Assembly: GCA_000934665.2 (NCBI GenBank)
Contig: KZ538728.1
Location: 1-50,699 of the forward strand
Direction: 5' to 3'
DNA: 50,699 nucleotides
Origin: Catajapyx aquilonaris
Lineage: Eukaryota
Positions 44,501 to 50,699 of the stretch are shown one piece after another. The notes under the pieces are model-generated. The model searched no databases. It saw only the letters and a list, made by a program, of their open reading frames with translations, and was not told the origin of the DNA. Position 1 is the stretch's first letter. Each line of letters opens with the position of its first letter. A program made the translations under genes and the position numbers.

Positions 44501-47500
44501 CGGAACCACTTATGCCTTATTACTATACGCTGTGCTCTAAATCAATATAGACTTCCAAATGGCTTACATAATTTTCCCGACGAGAATGATGGACCAACTG
44601 CTACTAATATTTACCCATTTCAACGCGCCGATAATTTTATTGTGCATTTTTATTAAACCCTATATAGCAGAGTTTTATCATTGCACGGTCACTGCACTTC
44701 AGCCTATAGTCGTTTACCATTGAATGCGAGGCATCCTTTAAGCGTAAAAAAAAAAAACCCATATCAGCTTACAGGCGGCAGTCTTTTTTGTTGAAAATAT
44801 ATATAGGAATCGCTAGCCCAAGAGTGAAATCCGCGCCAAATGGCATCGTGGCACAAAGCTGGTTTACTTAAAGAACACAAGCTACGCCCCTTGTGAAGTC
44901 ATCTGAAGGATTCTGATCGCGACTGGCGAGAAATCTCCGGAAAAGAAGACAAATGGCGGCCCCCGTTGAATACGGGGTAGTGGGGATGCGGGTCATTAGG
45001 TGATCCCTCAGCGATGAAACTGAGCGAAAGCAAGATGAGGAAAGATGGTGGAATGGAAGAAAACTCCGCGCCATGTGTAACGAAATGGGCCGGAAGAGCC
45101 AACCGAAGGAAATTTCCTACCCGAGAGAAGTAGAGAAAAGGGGGTAAAAAAAAAAAAGAGGATGATCGAGAGCCCGGCCCCGATGCTTTACGGGTCTAAC
45201 CGAAGTAATGATGGTTCATAAAAGAAGGTCTGTTGAGGAAAACGAGCGGAGGCAGAACGAAATAAATGTCAGGAGACGTTTCGGCAAGGAAGTGGGGTCC
45301 CTTTTGCATACTCCCAACTCCCCGTTTTTCCATCCAGATCCTCCCTTAGCTCAGTCAGGAAATCACATTTGCATACGAGTTATTTTTTTTTTTTAAATAT
45401 GGGAAGGAAGGCCCTCGTTTTGCTTATTAACTCAATACCCATTGCCTGGAAATTTTTGCTTCAACGTTCGGTACCGTAACATTAATCTCGTGGGGAGGGA
45501 AGGAACTAAATCAATTCTAGCCTTCTTTTTCTTGTAGTGCGTGGGAATCAACGTGTGCATTTTCCAGGAGAGAGAGAGAGAGAAAGTAAAATAAGAAAAT
45601 AAATTCTGGGCTGTCGTCGTTCATTCCTGAAGCTCGGGAGAATTCGGTCGGAAGCAAGAATTCTGCAAGGAGGAATTTTGTTGGAATGCAGGAGAGGCGT
45701 TATGGAACACTCGGGTCCCGCAAAAGCAGGCTTTAGAGAACTATTAAGATAATAGCGCCTTTGCAGCAAAGTTTACCAGCAACGTTATTGTGCGACGCGG
45801 TTGTGTAAGCCGGTGGCACAAAAAAACCGCGCCTAGGAGTTAAGTCATATTACATATTAAATCCTCCCCGAGCGTCTGCATTGCCCATTTGCATTACGCA
45901 GTTTCTTTCTTTCTTTCTTTTTTTGGCCTTTATATGCAATCCATACATCAAGTATGTTACATCCGGGATCCTGCTTTTGTGACGAAAGACTGGTCCCTTG
46001 ATGCACATAAACTCAACATCGAGCTTCCATGCTTCGAGTTAGCAGAGCTGCAGGGCTGGAAATACATTTGAAACGACATACATTTCTAATGTATACTGGA
46101 TCAATTGCCAACATAATGTTAGTGTTTGAATATTTTGAGGCAGGATAATGCTTCAAGCTGGTTACCACATAACCTGCATACTCCTTCAGGCTCTTCGCCA
46201 TTTTTTTTTTCTACGGTCCTCTCGACTCCAGAGGATGCGGCTACGAGATATCTCTTCCATCCCAGAGGGATAATCCTTCAAGCTTGCCAGTAGGGTTACT
46301 ATTATCACTGCCCGACCAACACGTACAGTTATAGAGTCTGGCATTTATCGTGCCTCTCACCTGGGACTTCAGGCACGTGACTTGAAACCTGATTTTTTTT
46401 TTTTCCTCCTCTCCTCTCGGGTGGGTTAACCGGGCCCAAGTTTCCTACAATGTGGATTATATATTTTTAAACATGGCTGTACCCCAGGAATTAGTGCCGG
46501 AACATTGCCTCTGGAGAGAGAAAGAAAAAAAGTTTCCGCGAATTATACGCCGCAAGCTCTCGACATAAAAATGAAACGCTTTTACTTTAATTAGAACCGG
46601 AGTGCGGAGGAACTTTTCTTGGACATTCGGACCAGGATTTATTTCGGGGACGCGTTCCATTACAGATGACCACACATTGTTTTTCAAGATTTTTTTTTCT
46701 TGTTTGACCGTGGCCCACTTCGAGTGGTGAAGATTACACACGGTCCATTCTGGTCATTTACCTCTCAAATGAATATTGTCATTCGCCATAATCAGTCAGG
46801 AATTTGAATTTTTGATCACTTCGCTCAACCGCATTTTGAGAGCTTCGGAGCTTTCACTTGCGACAAATCGACCGTATTAATGGCAAGAATTAATCCTCTA
46901 AAAATTCTGCGTCATTTTCTGGTTGATTGCTATTACTTTTCCTTCCCCTAATTCGGCGAAAGAGATAGGATGGGTTTGGCAAAGAGGTGGCTTTGTGGGG
47001 CAGGGTCGAGAGTGCCAAGATGGGCGGAAAGGTATAGGTTTACTGTACAGGAGATGGAGTTGCAGTGCTGAGAAAGGTTTGTAAATGCGCCATTACTCTT
47101 ACGTCAGACCACAAAGACCACTGGTGAATACTTTACCAGGAATTTGGCGTCATGAATTAATTAGGCTCAGGGGCACCATCTAGTTAAATAATGGTAGTAG
47201 GAATAATAGGTTTTATTTGCATTTATAACGCGTATGTTGGCAGAATGATACATGCAGTGCAGTAAATGCAGGAAGAAATGCATAGCCCTATTTTATTTTA
47301 TTTCTTGGCATATACTTTGTTCGTCTTTCGAGAGGGTGTAACAGACATGCTGATCGCGAACCAAGATGGCCGATGATGGTAATTTTTGGCGGCCTCTTTG
47401 TTCAGCAACCCAGCTCGGTGCCTACATTTTTCTCCGTTTCTCTTTTTATGTCAGAAAATATTACTGACGACACGATAAGGGGCGGGAGAATAAAGAATAA

Positions 47501-50500
47501 ATATGATGTCTCACCCATGCAGCGAGGACGATTAAGGCCAGCGACGGAGATGTGGTGCCGACGCCATCTTCAAAAGAACATATTCGGAGTTTTGGGAGGG
47601 AAGTTGGAAGTTTGCGGGTGGGGCTCTTTGCCAGAGTTATGGCGCCATTACACCAAATTGCTGAATTCCAATGTGACTTTGGGAGGGATGTAAGTTGCAT
47701 GAAATTGGGTCTTCAAGCCCCCAACCCGTTTTCGCCCAGAGTTTTGGGGGATTTTCGTCGCCTACTTGACTCGGCCAAGGCTTCTTCATCGGACCGCATT
47801 TTTCGTCAGGGATTCGACCTGAATCTGAATGACTAATTTTCTTTTTCTTACATAGATGCGAGGGAAAAACTACACTAGAAATTGTAGTAGAAGAAAGTTC
47901 TTCTCCAGATATACTGGAGGTCAACTTTTTGTTGTACATTATCATGCAGTATGTTCTGTTACTAAGAGGACATTCCATGCAGTCGCTGTTACATGACTTG
48001 CAACCGTTTGAAATGTTAAGAATATATAAGAATATGTTATGAAATGTGAAATAACATGAAATGATGAAATACTCTACTAGGCTACTTAACTCTCGGAATA
48101 GAAATTCATCCTCATAGTGCGCGTAATCATCATTGAATATATTTTTTAAATTTTTAGCCCAAACTGTAGGGCAGGTATGTGACACGACCTTGTCCGATTT
48201 CGACCATATCAGGGTATTTGTAGTACTAATGCATATGCGTCAGCCGTCAACTTTGTTTGTCCCTGCGATGCGCGGTTGCGTAATTACAGGGTGGAACAGG
48301 CGTCCATTTTCGACCCCTTTTTGCCTGCTAGCGTTTGGGTGGAAGCACGTAACTCCCGCAAAACAAATGCGATACGGTGCCTAAATATGATAAGTGATTT
48401 TGGAAGCTTTTGAAAGGAGCTGTAAGCTGTGTAACTATAGTATTTGCACAAATCCAAATTTTATAATATACGTATTCTAAATGGCATCTGACATTTTTAT
48501 TTTAAAACTGAATAAAATGAAAACCTGCGATTTTTTCGCATGATCGTTAAAAAAAATAAAGAAATGTTTATTGAGATTTCAGAAAAAATTGGGTGGGCAA
48601 AACGCATTTTAAATCGATTTTATGTCATTTTGGACGCCGTATTATTGATTATAGCGAGAAATTCTCAACAAGGCTTTTAAAATCCCATAAAAGTACTAAA
48701 ATGTTACTTCAAACCATCTAAAATTTGAGAAAATGCCAAGTAAATATTTTACACTGTAAATTAAGTGACAAAAAATAGAAGGTTTAATACTGTATACTTG
48801 CCCATCCCCAGTGTAGTTCGCCCACCTCCAAAAAATGGAGTGGTGGGGTAATAAACAAAATGTGATAAAAATCGCCGTTAAGATTATCTGGACTTTAGAA
48901 TATATAATAATGAAGCGTAACAATGGAGTTAGGCGGACACCAAATTTTAAGTTGATTTGACAGTTAACAACTGAAATAAATGTGATTACACCTTGAACTG
49001 TGAATTCCTGTGGGGTATGGTAAAAATTGCTGCCACTACGTTTATATGTTACTTAGCAGGACGTTAATTTTAATAATTAACCAAAGGGGGCACACAAACC
49101 CGACGATAGTATTAAAATTAATTACAAAAAAATCTAACACAGAATTTAAAAAAATATTATGGCTCGTGGATTTTTTCTGAATTTGCTACACGTTGGTGTA
49201 CAACATCGGTGTTATTTATAAATAAATAAAAATGTGACAACATTGTCTATTTAGAACTCAGTCCCATGTGCTACGATAAAAAATCCAATTCAATTAACAT
49301 GAAATGGTTTTTAAAATCCTTGCATTAAAAATGCACAGAAAATTCGACATCTGCAAGCAGCGATAAACATTTTTTTATTCCGTGGTAGATTTTTTGTAAT
49401 TAATTTTAATGCTGTCTTAGGATTTGTGAGGCCCCTCAGGTTCATTTTTGAAATTAATATCATGCTAAGTACATACAAACGTAGTGGCATCAATATTTAC
49501 CAGACCCGACGGAAATTCTCTGTCCAAGGTGTAATCATTGTAGGGACGATAGTCCCTATAAGTAAGATCCTCGTGCAAAAACAACAATGAAAATTTTCCT
49601 TGTTCTTGTTGTTCTTGTTGGGAGGACGTTTTTCTGTCAAGCATATCTCAAAAACCGTTGCAAGTACAGCCTTCATATTTTGAACACGTATCCGGCCCGA
49701 CGTGCTGCAGTGCCCGATCCCCTACACAAAAAGCCCAAGGACGTAATAGAACCCCGAAATAAAATTATAAGTGAATAATTCATTATGAGCAGCAATGCGT
49801 GCAACTGGAATCCATGTGTGACAACAGTCACACATTATTTAGAATATTATTTTGTGTAAATATCATCTCTACACTTTATGCGGAATTACGTACGCTAACT
49901 GCTTAAATAAATATATGCTTCACCTTATTTTCATTATAGTATTATTAAATAAACATTCCATTCATTCAACTTGTTATTATATTTCATTCAGTTTCCACGG
50001 TATCCTCCTTAGGTCAACAGTTGAGTGACTCGATTATGACTGTGCTGTTGCCAACCATCAAATATTATTGCATTTGTCTTAGATACGATAACTCTATCAT
50101 GTTCGTATGAATTCCATTCGATCTTCGTGTCATCAGTCCTCCTGCACCCTTCAACCACTTAAACTAACTAAACTGAAACTATCTTGATTTTGGTAAGTTA
50201 ATGCATTTATAATTCACGCAGGCTTCGTAAACCCCTGCCAGCGGTTCGTCCTTGCCGGTATACGTAGCCAAACCAGTATAAGACTTTGGTGTTGCCCCCT
50301 TTCTCCTCCCGCTGATTCAAACGGCAACCACTTACCACATAGGCATACGACGCCCGTATGATATATGTATTTAGTGTTATTCTCACTCCCAATAACCGAC
50401 TTTCTTCCCTTTCTCTCACCATCATGTACCAGGATGATGAGAGAGGCCATGATCTTATTTCTTGTCCCTGCAATACTAGAGTAGTATTTTGAGGAGACTT

Positions 50501-50538
50501 GTGTCCACATGGGAAAGTGATTGAGTGGGCATGGGTAT

Positions 50539-50587
50539 AGGACCCGAACAACGCGACCACCTCCACGTGGTGGGTCCTGGGTGTTCA
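50539..50587 (+). ncRNA. 5' half of an HDV-like self-cleaving ribozyme fold (incomplete)
   Basis: P1 AGGACCC (50539-45) / GGGTCCT (50572-78); P3 ACC/GGT closing L3 TCCACGT; GG (50579-80) available for P1.1; no recognisable P4 or J4/2 before the SINE. Confidence 0.5.
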
Positions 50588-50589
50588 GG

Positions 50590-50699
50590 GGGAGGTGTGG
50601 TAGCCGTGATGGTAACGTCACGGCTTGCTGTGTGAAAGGCCCCAGGTTCGATCCCCGCCTGGGGAACTTTCCTTTCACCTGCGTCGGGAGGGTCTCTGA
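50590..50699 (+). mobile_element. tRNA-derived SINE 5' end (runs off the window)
   Basis: A box TAGCCGTGATGG, B box GGTTCGATCCC (50645-55), followed by CCTGGGGA as in the 37129 SINE; no tRNA acceptor stem or oligo-T terminator. Confidence 0.75.

Noticed and set aside
45270..45290. GACGTTTCGGC (hammerhead-like GAAAC half on the minus strand); also CTGATGA at 1514 and 50129
   Set aside because: The matching CTGANGA or GAAA half and closing stems are not present at suitable spacing.
47637..48185. 182-aa minus-strand ORF, and the 154/119-aa ORFs at 50207-50678
   Set aside because: No domain similarity I can recognise; the latter overlap SINE and ribozyme-like sequence.
50590..50665. Possible tRNA genes here and at 1122, 19900, 26310, 37130 and 39090
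   Set aside because: A/B boxes are present but there is no closed cloverleaf or terminator; they continue into SINE bodies with tails or TSDs where visible.

Overview
Repeat-rich eukaryotic (invertebrate animal, probably arthropod) genomic DNA with several assembly gaps; not prokaryotic. Three protein-coding genes can be reconstructed by hand. (1) The 3' end of a centrin gene (+), whose last exon is tandemly duplicated (5001-5087 and 5112-5201). (2) A complete 13-exon TGFBI/periostin-like EMI + 4xFAS1 gene (-, 17365->7014, about 685 aa). (3) A complete 5-exon EMC6 gene (-, 29013->21413, 115 aa) in which two consecutive minor-spliceosome (U12-type GT-AG) introns flank a 20-nt micro-exon. EMC6 appears to share a bidirectional promoter with an unidentified + strand transcript, for which I could not identify coding exons in the window. 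The rest is nested MITEs, foldback elements, tRNA-derived SINEs and LINE/LTR debris. The most unusual observations are: the tandem U12 introns; a Gypsy remnant with inverted LTRs, each followed by a PBS-like motif; a family of CCA...TGG elements with 6-bp flanking repeats and mix-and-match short/long ends, two of which sit at the identical site of adjacent tandem-repeat units; the duplicated centrin terminal exon; and an incomplete HDV-like ribozyme core at the window end. All coordinates were read by eye and no database searches were run.
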